From positions 1 to 26,171 of IMG/VR virus record IMGVR_UViG_3300037349_000077: 26,171 nt of DNA; one strand, written 5' to 3'. This stretch comes from a virus (Duplodnaviria; Caudoviricetes). Under the pieces are notes generated by a model, which saw nothing but the letters and a program-made list of their open reading frames with translations, searched no databases and was not told where the DNA came from. Shown here piece after piece: positions 1 through 8,525 of this stretch. Numbering within the stretch: position 1 is the first letter of the stretch; every line of letters begins with the position of its first letter. The translations under genes and the position numbers were made by a program.

Positions 1-2577
1 GGCTGCGTCAACGCACCAACTATCTTCAATGCCGTTCCAAATCCGGCTATTCATGCGCTCGATCATGTAGGCGGTATTGGTTCCTGGAAACCGCTGCGTG
101 GCGATATAGAGCGCGTCGATCGGCGGCTCGGTCACTGAACATACGCTAACGAATAGGCCATTGGTGTCGTGGCGAGCCCAGCCGGCGACCTGTTGAGTCT
201 TGTAATAGGTCAAGCTCAACATAATGCCGTCGTTGCGCACCGCCCACATGATCTTGTAAGGCGTTTCGCACCAGGCGTTTTCGCGGATGGTATAGCCGAC
301 AAACAGTTGTGAACTGTTTTCCGTCAAATCGATCGGCTCCGATAGCGCATAAAGCTGGTACGGCAGATCGTAATAGGTGGTACTTTTCGAATTGAGATAA
401 ATCACGTCGTAATTGATGCGGTTTGGCGGCACAGTCGAACTTGCGCCCGTGAACGCCTGCGGCACGGCGTCCTGCGTCGATGGCGAGATTGCCTGCACAT
501 TGGTTGCAAACGATCCGGCGCCGACCAATAGCCAAGCCGACAAGCCTGTAAGTACCAGCAAACCGCCGCTAGTCTGGATCATCCATTGAATGCCGTTGAC
601 CTCGACCGACCATGGCGAGCCGGTAATAGCGTCACTGTCAATCGTCGGGTTGCGGGTATCAAAATTGGTGAACGCGCCTGGCTGCGACATAAAATAAGTA
701 TCGGGATTATTGAGCGTGTTGGCGTAACAACGCCGTTCCTGAAAATACCCCGGCAAACTCGGATAGGTGCCGGATTGCGCGCCAACTTGCAACGTCGCCG
801 TGGCACTGTGATTGATCGATAGCGTATCGGTCGGCAGATAATTTTCGCCCGGTTCCTGCACAATGATGGCTTCCAGAACATTGCTTACGACCACGGGCGT
901 AAGGACTGCGCCCGATCCCGTCAGTGTATTGATCGTAATGGTGAAAGTGGCGCTTGATCCGCCATTGGTTACGGTCGCACTTAGGATTTGGCCGCGGGCA
1001 AACGGATTTTGATGCGTTGGCGGCACCTGCGTATCATCCGCCACGATATTGCTATCGACAAACTGTGTGCCATAGGCCGACCCGACAAACCCGAACAATG
1101 ACCCGGCCGGCACCGTCCCGGCATAAGCGGGCGTGGCTTTGTAGACATTAAACGATGACGCGCCGACCACGGTTGTCCATGTCAGCGTGATCGAGCCTGC
1201 GGTTGAAGCTATATCGACCGCGCTTGGAATATCGGCAATGGGCGAAGCAACGCTTTCAGTACCATCCGCGGGGTTTACCGATGTCACGACATAATTGTAA
1301 TCGACCGAGCCGGTCGTGCTTGCCGCGCCTGACAAGGCTGGCGGCGGCAGAATACTTGGTCCCGGCACCACGTCCGAGAATGACCAATTGGTGTCGGTCG
1401 TGCGCGTCAGATCCAGCGGCGCATATTCAAAATCCGTCATTTGATTCACGCAACACAGGCTCATGACGTCGGCGCTTTGGGTGAATTTGAGATAAGGCAA
1501 ATCCACTTCGGAATAGGGCGTTGTCAGCGTGTAGATGCGCGCACCGAGGCCGCCTGCGGTATAGGTGCCGAACGCGGTTGAATTGATAGGATTGCCGTAT
1601 ACATCGGCCAGTGTAAATTGGGTTGGCGTGACATTGTTTATAACGTAAGTCTGCCCGTTAACTTGGGTCATGCCGGCAACGCCGGAAGTAAACACCCAAT
1701 CGCCGCTCGATAGCGGTCCCGGCGTGGCCCATGTGATTGTATATTCCGCGCCCAGCCCCGCGCCACTGCTGGTTGCCTGGTTGGCCGGATTGGCTGGCAA
1801 TGCCGTATAGCCGCCTGGATTATAAACCGACAATGTATTGGGCCCAAACAATCCACCAGAAAACGTCGCGCCGGTACCAGCGCCCGATGTCGAAGCTTGC
1901 GTAAAACTGCCAGAACCGTTGGTGGTAAAAGATCCACCATTTGAAATGACAAATCCGGTGATGCCGCCCGAGCCGTTGACGGCTGTGACCGTTAACACTG
2001 GTGCCAAGCTCGATGTACCACCGGCCAACACGATCGTATCATTGACGGCATAGCTGGTGCCGAGCGCCAGACTATTCACTTTGGCCAGTGTCGTATTGAC
2101 GACTTGAAAAACGGCAATTGTAACGGCCGTGCCACCTGCGGGCGTGACGGTATCACCGCGCACATAAGAGGATGTCACGCCCGAGTTAATGGCGACCGCC
2201 GATGTTGCGGTACTGAGCAACGCATAACTAACGACGGCTGGATTGGCATTCGTAATGCCGGTGATTTCAACCGGGCTTTCGGTGACAAACGCGCCGTTAA
2301 AAACCACTCTCATATAATAATTGCCGAATTCCAAAGCCAAGCCTTGATTGATCGAGTCTTGGAATGGAATCATGCGCGGCGGATAGCTGCGCCCGGTCTG
2401 TCTTGAAAAACCGACGAAGGCCGTGCCAGCGCGTGAATAGGCACCGCCTTTGTACGATACGTAAAAATTCCGCATCGTGAACGCACCGACATGGATGCGC
2501 GCAACGTCAAACCGCCCGGCAACCGATGCGCTTAATTCGCCGGCAACAAAGGCGGATTCTAAGAGGGCGACGGACAT
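1..2577 (-). CDS. Tail tubular protein B / nozzle-like protein (T7 gp12 / Bbp13-like), 3'-truncated by the window edge
   Basis: Absent from the ORF track because it runs off the edge. Hand translation of segments from ATG 2577 gives MSVALLESAFVAGELSASVAGRFDVARIHVGAFTMRNFYVSYKGGAYSRAGT...LALEFGNYYMRV and later FVDSNIVADDTQVPP and YPSLPGYFQERRCYA, all in one frame and typical of this family. It follows the adaptor genes. Confidence 0.88.
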   Translation of the reverse strand, partial: MSVALLESAFVAGELSASVAGRFDVARIHVGAFTMRNFYVSYKGGAYSRAGTAFVGFSRQTGRSYPPRMIPFQDSINQGLALEFGNYYMRVVFNGAFVTESPVEITGITNANPAVVSYALLSTATSAVAINSGVTSSYVRGDTVTPAGGTAVTIAVFQVVNTTLAKVNSLALGTSYAVNDTIVLAGGTSSLAPVLTVTAVNGSGGITGFVISNGGSFTTNGSGSFTQASTSGAGTGATFSGGLFGPNTLSVYNPGGYTALPANPANQATSSGAGLGAEYTITWATPGPLSSGDWVFTSGVAGMTQVNGQTYVINNVTPTQFTLADVYGNPINSTAFGTYTAGGLGARIYTLTTPYSEVDLPYLKFTQSADVMSLCCVNQMTDFEYAPLDLTRTTDTNWSFSDVVPGPSILPPPALSGAASTTGSVDYNYVVTSVNPADGTESVASPIADIPSAVDIASTAGSITLTWTTVVGASSFNVYKATPAYAGTVPAGSLFGFVGSAYGTQFVDSNIVADDTQVPPTHQNPFARGQILSATVTNGGSSATFTITINTLTGSGAVLTPVVVSNVLEAIIVQEPGENYLPTDTLSINHSATATLQVGAQSGTYPSLPGYFQERRCYANTLNNPDTYFMSQPGAFTNFDTRNPTIDSDAITGSPWSVEVNGIQWMIQTSGGLLVLTGLSAWLLVGAGSFATNVQAISPSTQDAVPQAFTGASSTVPPNRINYDVIYLNSKSTTYYDLPYQLYALSEPIDLTENSSQLFVGYTIRENAWCETPYKIMWAVRNDGIMLSLTYYKTQQVAGWARHDTNGLFVSVCSVTEPPIDALYIATQRFPGTNTAYMIERMNSRIWNGIEDSWCVDAA

Positions 2578-2580
2578 GGG

Positions 2581-3495
2581 CTAATACGCCGAGCCGTCAG
2601 AGAATCCGCACGAGCCGGCCCAGCCAGCGCCCCAATAACCGTAGCCGCCGCCGTCATTGCCGGCGATGTTGCCGATGCCCCAACTGAATGCGCCCGAGCC
2701 GCCGGTATTGCGCGCGCCGATCCAGTCGACTCTAATATCGCTTGAGGCGGTCATTTCGTTGCCGTCGGCAACGCGGGCTTCATTGATTTTTTGTTTGGCG
2801 ATCTGGATTTGCTGATTGCGAATTTCCATGCCAAATTTTTTGTCTTTTTCGACCCACAACGGTAACGCCACTTCGCTGGCCCAATAAGCGACCAAGGCGG
2901 CCCGAAACAAATGATCCCATATCGTCGGGTACAATGCGTTGAAGGTGTAGACGCAACTGGCCTGCGGCACATTCGATAGGATGACCGTGTTGCCTTGCGG
3001 GCTTTGGCCTTGGACTTGACCGGCGCTTGAGCCCGGCTGCGAGGCATAATTGGGATCATTGGTCACCAGAAACCGCGACGGCACGATGCGGGTTCCTAGA
3101 CCTGGTTGTTGTGCCAATCCAGGCATTGTCGGCGCGCTTGAATTGACCGGCACGATATTGGTCGATGGCGCACCTGGATTCAAAAACGGATTCCATGGAA
3201 TATAGCGAATACGCGAACAGTCCACGGGATAACCATATTCGTAACAGAATTGCGTGCCCGGCACTTTGCTGCCCACGCTGGGCGTCTGTCCGGTTGCGTC
3301 AGCCAATAAAAGTAACGGTTCCTGTTTGCGGGCGAAGGTCCAAGGTGCCGCGCGCAATAATTGCTCGCGGCATTGTGCATAGGATCGCAACATTACATTG
3401 CCGACGCGACCGCCCTGCTCGATGTCGCCCAATTCGGTATTAAGTGCGATGCAATCCAAAACCTGATTGGCGACATCGGTGACGGTATTGGCCAT
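2581..3495 (-). CDS. Tail tubular protein A / head-tail adaptor-like protein, paralog 3 (304 aa)
   Basis: Motifs NQVLDCI, YAQCREQLLRAAPWTFARK, FCYEYGYPVDC, WDHLFRAALVAYWASE. Start overlaps the upstream stop (TAATG). Confidence 0.8.
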   Translation of the reverse strand: MANTVTDVANQVLDCIALNTELGDIEQGGRVGNVMLRSYAQCREQLLRAAPWTFARKQEPLLLLADATGQTPSVGSKVPGTQFCYEYGYPVDCSRIRYIPWNPFLNPGAPSTNIVPVNSSAPTMPGLAQQPGLGTRIVPSRFLVTNDPNYASQPGSSAGQVQGQSPQGNTVILSNVPQASCVYTFNALYPTIWDHLFRAALVAYWASEVALPLWVEKDKKFGMEIRNQQIQIAKQKINEARVADGNEMTASSDIRVDWIGARNTGGSGAFSWGIGNIAGNDGGGYGYWGAGWAGSCGFSDGSAY

Positions 3496-4118
3496 TAGCG
3501 TCCGTCCATCTGTGCCATTGCGCTAGATGCCTGTTCGTCGGCGGCACCCATTTTGGCCGCTTCGCCGCCGACCAACACGGTTCCGAGCCGCCGCGACAAA
3601 GCCGCGCTCAATAATTCGCAAAATGACACGTTCCACGTTGTTGGATCCGTCACTTGCGCGGTATAAGTCGCCACGGCATTGGCCACATTGCAGACAATGA
3701 CGCGCTGGCCTGGGGTGTAATTATTGTCATTGGCTAATTGAAACGAATGCGGCTGCGGGTCCGCGTTCGGCGTGAAATAAGCCTGCGGCTTGACGATGCG
3801 GATTTTGATGGCGTCGGCCGGGAAGGCATATTCAAAGTTAAATCCGAACGGCGGATTGGTCGCCGGATTCCATTGCGTCGGCGGAAAGTAACCGCCGACG
3901 GGCGCCGATTTGAGCAACGTCAGAACAATAGTGCGCTCGCTAAAATCATAGTCGTAGGTTTCCAGCAATTCGTCGCGGGTTTGGCTGTAGGTGTCGAGGA
4001 ATTTCTTGGCCGCCGCCGAGCCGTCATAGAGCGATGCAATGCGCAATTTGTAGCCCATGCGGGCCAATGCGTTATTTGCTAGGTCTGCGGGCGACTGAAT
4101 CGCTGCGGTGCTTGGCAT
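3495..4118 (-). CDS. Tail tubular protein A / head-tail adaptor-like protein, paralog 2 (207 aa)
   Basis: Motifs NNALARMG, YSQTRDELLETYDYDFSER, FNFEYAFPADAIKIR, YTAQVTDPTTWNVSFCELLSAALS. TAATG coupling. Confidence 0.82.
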   Translation of the reverse strand: MPSTAAIQSPADLANNALARMGYKLRIASLYDGSAAAKKFLDTYSQTRDELLETYDYDFSERTIVLTLLKSAPVGGYFPPTQWNPATNPPFGFNFEYAFPADAIKIRIVKPQAYFTPNADPQPHSFQLANDNNYTPGQRVIVCNVANAVATYTAQVTDPTTWNVSFCELLSAALSRRLGTVLVGGEAAKMGAADEQASSAMAQMDGR

Positions 4119-4690
4119 TAGTCGGACCGTCCTTCACCAAGAGATTCAAACGCTGCGCCACTTTGCAGCATAGCCGCCTCCGTGTCGGGGCGTCCTGCGA
4201 TCGCCATCGCCAATTCGGATGCCAACAAACGCACCACCGCTTCGCGGAATAATGGATCCCAAGTGGCTTCGCTCGGGTTGTTGTTATAGGTGGCATAGGC
4301 GGAAGCGAGATTCGACCAAATAACTTTAATCTGTGCGCCGCTCACGACGCTGTTTCCCACGCTCCAAATTTGCGGCAATGGATTGTTAGAATCGACCGAC
4401 GACAATAGCGGCGCGATTTGCCAAACTTCAATTCCATTGGGCGGGTAGGCGTACTCGTAAGCAAAGCCGCCCTGGCCTGGATTGCCGGTCAGCGTCAATA
4501 AAACCGTACTGCGCGCTAAATCCCATGCCCATTGCCGCGCGACGGTCGCGACGGCAGGCGCATAGAGTTTTTGAAGGGCTACGCCTGCGGGCGAATTGTC
4601 AAAATTCGGCGCATTGCCGGCCACGGCGGGCTGGTTATCGCCAATAAGCTGAATTGCGCTGTTGGCGACCGCATTTGACGAATCTGCCAT
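4118..4690 (-). CDS. Tail tubular protein A / head-tail adaptor-like protein, paralog 1 (190 aa)
   Basis: Motifs NSAIQLIG, YAPAVATVARQWAWDLAR, FAYEYAYPPN, YNNNPSEATWDPLFREAVVRLLASE. Confidence 0.8.
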   Translation of the reverse strand: MADSSNAVANSAIQLIGDNQPAVAGNAPNFDNSPAGVALQKLYAPAVATVARQWAWDLARSTVLLTLTGNPGQGGFAYEYAYPPNGIEVWQIAPLLSSVDSNNPLPQIWSVGNSVVSGAQIKVIWSNLASAYATYNNNPSEATWDPLFREAVVRLLASELAMAIAGRPDTEAAMLQSGAAFESLGEGRSD

Positions 4691-4696
4691 GGCATT

Positions 4697-6772
4697 TTAT
4701 CCCACCATCGAGCGCGGCAGATTGTTATCGTTGGACGGTTCAAGCGCGCCCATGATTTCTTGGATGCGGATGTTGGTCGCACCCGTCCCACCCCACCATT
4801 GCGTGCCGGCGCTGGAGCCATTGATGCCCGTCGCGACCGTGCCGGTAAAATACAGTGAATAGGTCGTCGCCGAACTGACGTTGAACGTCTCGTATTGCAG
4901 AATGCAAGGCCCCCCCAAGTTAGTGGCGTTGGCGCCAGCGCCGGTCGTTGTTAAAAACACGGCGCTGCCGTTGTAGAGGAAGCATGTGTGATTACCAGCG
5001 GAAGCCGATTGGATATTCGTGCGCGCGTCGATAGTAATATGGTTGATGGCGCTGGTTGGCGTGATGGCTTGGCTGATAGCAGCGGCAGCACCACCGATGG
5101 TCGGGATCGTCGCGCTGTCGGTATAGGTGTTGCTTGTGGTCACGCTGGCCACCGTTGAATTATACGCGGTCTGGATAACGTCGCCTGGCTTTTTCACACC
5201 GGGGCCTAAAAGTTGCAGCGTCGTACATGCGCTCGCCCATGAGCCGGCTGTCGCCAAACCGGCAGAATACTCGCAATAGCCGATGATGCGAACCGAATCA
5301 TTGGATACCCCGCTGGTGGCGTAGAGCGTTCCTGCGGAAGTCGCCAAGCCGCTGATGGTTGTTGTGGTGACGCGATTGGTTTCCCACGATACGCACGGAT
5401 AAATCTGCGTCGATATACTGCACAGCGCCGCGCCTAGTTCTGGCGTTCCTGAATTATAAGTCAGGAATATCCAAAGTCGGAACGGCACGTTGCTTGATGA
5501 CGTGCCGAGCGTGGCGCCAGATGGTATAACAAGCGACAGCGCGCCGGTGATCGCCGTCCATACGGGGGTTCCGGTTGTGAGTGTCGTCGAGCGGAACGGC
5601 ACGGAAACAGGATTGGTCGCGCTTGGCGTAGAGCCATTGGCACCGACGACGTTAATTGTGAGCGCGCTGGCGCCGGCGCTCGCTGTCAACCCAAGATTAA
5701 CCGGCACGTCGTAACCATAAGGCGGCTGCGTCGTTGAAACCGAAAACACGCCCGCCGACAGGGAAAGTCCCCACCCGGCGCTGGTGGCGCCCAATGTGCC
5801 GCACTGGAATCCGGTTGACGTCACCCATTGCAGCGCATTGGTCGCGCCCGAACACGACGGCACGGCCAGATCGGCAATCGCGGTCGAGGTGGCTGCGCCT
5901 TTGATGGTATTGGCCGATCCGGCGACGGCTAGTTTTGAATTGGTAACGGCGCCGGCCGAAATTGTCGTCGCGAGTGTGCCAGCCGAATTGGTGACGTCGC
6001 CCGTGAGCGCGGGGAAAGCCACCGCCGGCAGAGTGCCGCTATTGATCTGCGCGGCATTGATGCTCTTGTTGGTCAGCGTTTGCGTATCCGACGTGCCGAC
6101 GATATTGCCGCTGGCCGGGAACGTCTGCGCCACGCTGTTGACTTGGAACGGCCCCGTGTAGTTATTGGTTCCGGTCCATGTGTTGTTGCCGCCGACCGTG
6201 ACGAAGGCGCCGCAATCTTTCAACAGCGTACCCGTGGTATTATTCCAGCACGCCGCGTCGTTGACGACGCTGGTAGATGGCCCGACGATACCGCCGACGA
6301 CAAACGGGAAGGCGTAGGTTGCACCATTGAGGATAAGGTTAAATCCTTGGGTTGTCGCGCCGCCGCCATTGCCAATGGCAATGAGCGCGCCGCCTTGGGC
6401 GTTTGGCGACAGACACAGATAATGGTAGGGCCCGGTCGTTGGCCCGTCATATTTGCAATCGATCGTGCCGTAGGGCCCGGTGCCTTGCGCGGCATAGGGC
6501 GCGGTGCCTGTACCGCGGGCAATCATGTCGAGTTCGGATAGGCCCATACCGACAGGACCACCAGAGGCAGCGCCCGAATCCTGCACGATCGGCTGGCTTG
6601 AGCCTTGCCCGACATACATTGGCGCGTGGCCAGACGTCCACGTTCCGCCTTGCAGAATGGCCGATTGGCCATAGACAAGCGTCGGCGTTGATAGGCCGAT
6701 AATCGCTAGAAGCGCTGCGCGAAGTCTATTCGCCCGATTGCGAGGCTGGCTGAGTTTCGGGTGCGGATTCAT
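4697..6772 (-). CDS. Fibre/spike-like Gly/Ser/Thr-rich protein with signal-peptide-like N-terminus (about 691 aa)
   Basis: Start reassigned from 7000 to ATG 6772 because the first 76 codons overlap two other ORFs and look non-protein-like. N-terminus is ...RNRANRLRAALLAIIGLSTPTLVYG-QS. Fibre-type motifs DTQTLTNKSI and LTGDVT, and a distal domain PGDVIQT...ITPTSAINHI...IRIQEI. Confidence 0.75.
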   Translation of the reverse strand: MNPHPKLSQPRNRANRLRAALLAIIGLSTPTLVYGQSAILQGGTWTSGHAPMYVGQGSSQPIVQDSGAASGGPVGMGLSELDMIARGTGTAPYAAQGTGPYGTIDCKYDGPTTGPYHYLCLSPNAQGGALIAIGNGGGATTQGFNLILNGATYAFPFVVGGIVGPSTSVVNDAACWNNTTGTLLKDCGAFVTVGGNNTWTGTNNYTGPFQVNSVAQTFPASGNIVGTSDTQTLTNKSINAAQINSGTLPAVAFPALTGDVTNSAGTLATTISAGAVTNSKLAVAGSANTIKGAATSTAIADLAVPSCSGATNALQWVTSTGFQCGTLGATSAGWGLSLSAGVFSVSTTQPPYGYDVPVNLGLTASAGASALTINVVGANGSTPSATNPVSVPFRSTTLTTGTPVWTAITGALSLVIPSGATLGTSSSNVPFRLWIFLTYNSGTPELGAALCSISTQIYPCVSWETNRVTTTTISGLATSAGTLYATSGVSNDSVRIIGYCEYSAGLATAGSWASACTTLQLLGPGVKKPGDVIQTAYNSTVASVTTSNTYTDSATIPTIGGAAAAISQAITPTSAINHITIDARTNIQSASAGNHTCFLYNGSAVFLTTTGAGANATNLGGPCILQYETFNVSSATTYSLYFTGTVATGINGSSAGTQWWGGTGATNIRIQEIMGALEPSNDNNLPRSMVG

Positions 6773-6926
6773 TTTCAGTTTCGTCCTCGTCTTGCTTGGC
6801 ATCGGGGACTTCTTCTTGTGCGGCTGCGGGCAGCGGCGCGTGGCGGATTTCGACACTGGTGCGGTTGTCACCCGGCTCGACGCCGTGCGTGCCGGACAGG
6901 GTGGTGGGCACCGGGCTATTTGCCAC
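6726..6926 (-). CDS. Small acidic hypothetical protein (66 aa, GTG start)
   Basis: Fills the gap between flanking genes. GGAG upstream of GTG 6926. Acidic tail QEEVPDAKQDEDETENES. Confidence 0.45.
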   Translation of the reverse strand: MANSPVPTTLSGTHGVEPGDNRTSVEIRHAPLPAAAQEEVPDAKQDEDETENESAPETQPASQSGE

Positions 6927-7236
6927 GCTCGGACTCCATATTTTCGGCGTCCTCGGATTCGATACCAAGGTCCTCGATCTGCAATTCGATGCGGCAGCAT
7001 TTGTCGCCGGCGCCCGTGTCATTTTCACTAACGGAAGTGATTCGCGCCATGAAAAATCCGTGAATGGTCCCACCTACTTCGGCGTCCTTGTGGTCAAGAT
7101 CGAGCTTGGCCAATTCCTTGTCGGTCAAGGTAATGCGCAAGCCATAAGGGTAATCCGGCTTGCTGGGCATGGCGATCGGCATAGCCGTGTCAAGCTTGTC
7201 CTCGTCATCTAGCTCCATGCTTTTCATCACGCGCAT
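6916..7236 (-). CDS. Acidic virion protein, capsid-staple-like (106 aa)
   Basis: ATG 7236 with GGAG upstream. Motif PDYPYGLRITLTDKELAKLDL...VG...ARITSVS...RIELQIEDLGIE recalled from podovirus capsid-associated proteins. Confidence 0.7.
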   Translation of the reverse strand: MRVMKSMELDDEDKLDTAMPIAMPSKPDYPYGLRITLTDKELAKLDLDHKDAEVGGTIHGFFMARITSVSENDTGAGDKCCRIELQIEDLGIESEDAENMESERGK

Positions 7237-7240
7237 GGCG

Positions 7241-7717
7241 TTAGGCTCCCGGCTGCGCGGCACCTGCCGCCGCGGCGACCGGCGCCGGCGCGGCACCGCC
7301 CGGCGCTCCACCAGGCACCGCGCCCGCTTCGGCACCGGACGGCTCGCCACCTGCGCCCCCGCTGGCCATCATTTCCTGTTCCTGACGCGCCGCCATTTCC
7401 TTCATGGCGCTTTCATGCCGCGATGACATCTTGCGATGTTCCTCGCGGTGATTGCCGTGCAGATCGCGCCGCTCGGTTTCGTGCGACTTGCGCATGGCCT
7501 CGCGTTCTTCGTGGTGCTTCTCGTGCATCGGCTTGGCTTCGGCTTTGGGTTCCTCGGCCTTGGATTCGGATTTGGCGGATTCCTTTTTAGGGGCTTCCTT
7601 TTTTTCTTCTTTTTTGGGTGCCTCGGATTTCTTTTCGCCGCCCATGGCTTTTTTGGATGAAGCATGGTCGTACATGCGGGATTCGCGCTTTTCTTTCTTC
7701 GGTTCTTTGTCAGCCAT
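7241..7717 (-). CDS. Lys/Glu/His-rich low-complexity protein (158 aa) with N-terminal SRMYDHASS motif
   Basis: AAGGA RBS. In operon with short intergenic gaps. Carries the shared motif and 11-residue His repeats. Confidence 0.8.
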   Translation of the reverse strand: MADKEPKKEKRESRMYDHASSKKAMGGEKKSEAPKKEEKKEAPKKESAKSESKAEEPKAEAKPMHEKHHEEREAMRKSHETERRDLHGNHREEHRKMSSRHESAMKEMAARQEQEMMASGGAGGEPSGAEAGAVPGGAPGGAAPAPVAAAAGAAQPGA

Positions 7718-7721
7718 GGCG

Positions 7722-8003
7722 CTAGTCCTTGTTGCTGGAAGGGTGATCGTACATGCGGGATTTTTTGGCCTTGTGGCCCATTCCCATAAGAGTCGTCGCT
7801 AATCTTGCCTCTTTGCCTAACGCGCCTGGCGCGTCTTTCTCTTTGGCGGCATAAGCCTTGGTGGACATGTCAGCCGCTTCCGCCTTGGCCTTGAATACGC
7901 CCTTGCGTGATTCAGGCACCGCTTTCTTGACCCAATTTTTCTTCTTACCTTCGGCCATCGGTCTAGTCCTGCTTGCGACGTCGGCGAGATTGGGTGAAGC
8001 CAT
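7722..8003 (-). CDS. Small basic protein (93 aa; alternative start 7958) with C-terminal SRMYDHPSS motif
   Basis: TAATG coupling at 8003, or an AGGA RBS before ATG 7958. NWVKKAV...KG...PGALGKEARLATTLMGM resembles a recurrent family of small basic phage proteins. Confidence 0.8.
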   Translation of the reverse strand: MASPNLADVASRTRPMAEGKKKNWVKKAVPESRKGVFKAKAEAADMSTKAYAAKEKDAPGALGKEARLATTLMGMGHKAKKSRMYDHPSSNKD

Positions 8004-8206
8004 TAGCGGTTAGAACTTGGGTGATCGTACATTCGGCTTTTCTTACGCTGTATTTTATCGCCAGTTTTATTTGCCGTCGCAATGGCAATTCCTTCTGGTA
8101 CACCGGATTTTACCATGGCGGTTGCCTGTGCGGCTGCTTTGCTGGCCGCTTGTCCATGCAGTTTTTTATTGTGCTTGCTCGCGAAGTCCTTTGCTCCCCA
8201 CGGCAT
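8003..8206 (-). CDS. Small basic protein (67 aa), DUF2188-associated/ChaB-like helical core, with C-terminal SRMYDHPSS motif
   Basis: Start reassigned to ATG 8206, 2 nt after the upstream stop. Pattern MPW...KAAAQATAMVKSGVPEGIAIATA resembles MPW..KA...ANA....G..EG.AI..A proteins. The family call is tentative. Confidence 0.78.
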   Translation of the reverse strand: MPWGAKDFASKHNKKLHGQAASKAAAQATAMVKSGVPEGIAIATANKTGDKIQRKKSRMYDHPSSNR

Positions 8207-8525
8207 CGCTAGGTTCCGGTCGTTTTGGAATACGCGCCAATTGCTCGTGGGTGTAACGGCGCCACGAGCGTAGGTACGGGTCGAACGGATAGCGCGCCAC
8301 GGCGGCGTCCGCTGCCGCCAGTAATTTCGGCACTGGCTGCATTCCACCGTTGGTAACGAAACCCATTTTCAATTCCGCTGACATCGCGGCCCAGCCAAAC
8401 CACAGGCCGAGCGCTAACCAGATAACCCGCCACAACCGCCGCCACAAAGCCGGTTGCGGGAAAATGGAGCGGAAAGGAGATTGCGATTTCGACGCAACAG
8501 GCGACAAATAATGCACGTTCGGCAT
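8166..8525 (-). CDS. Putative overprinted single-pass membrane protein (119 aa)
   Basis: GAGG 5 nt before ATG 8525. Basic stretch then hydrophobic VIWLALGLWFGWAAMSA, then helical LLAAADAAVARYPFDPYLRSWR. Overlaps the ligase-like gene in another frame. Confidence 0.5.
   Translation of the reverse strand: MPNVHYLSPVASKSQSPFRSIFPQPALWRRLWRVIWLALGLWFGWAAMSAELKMGFVTNGGMQPVPKLLAAADAAVARYPFDPYLRSWRRYTHEQLARIPKRPEPSDAVGSKGLREQAQ

Noticed and set aside
6773-7000. N-terminal extension of the 767-aa ORF
   Set aside because: Overlaps the staple-like gene and the 66-aa ORF, with non-protein-like composition.
7655-8038. GGGTGATCGTACAT-like DNA repeats as CRISPR repeats or operators
   Set aside because: Irregular spacing, always in the same coding phase, with synonymous variation. 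Explained by the peptide motif.
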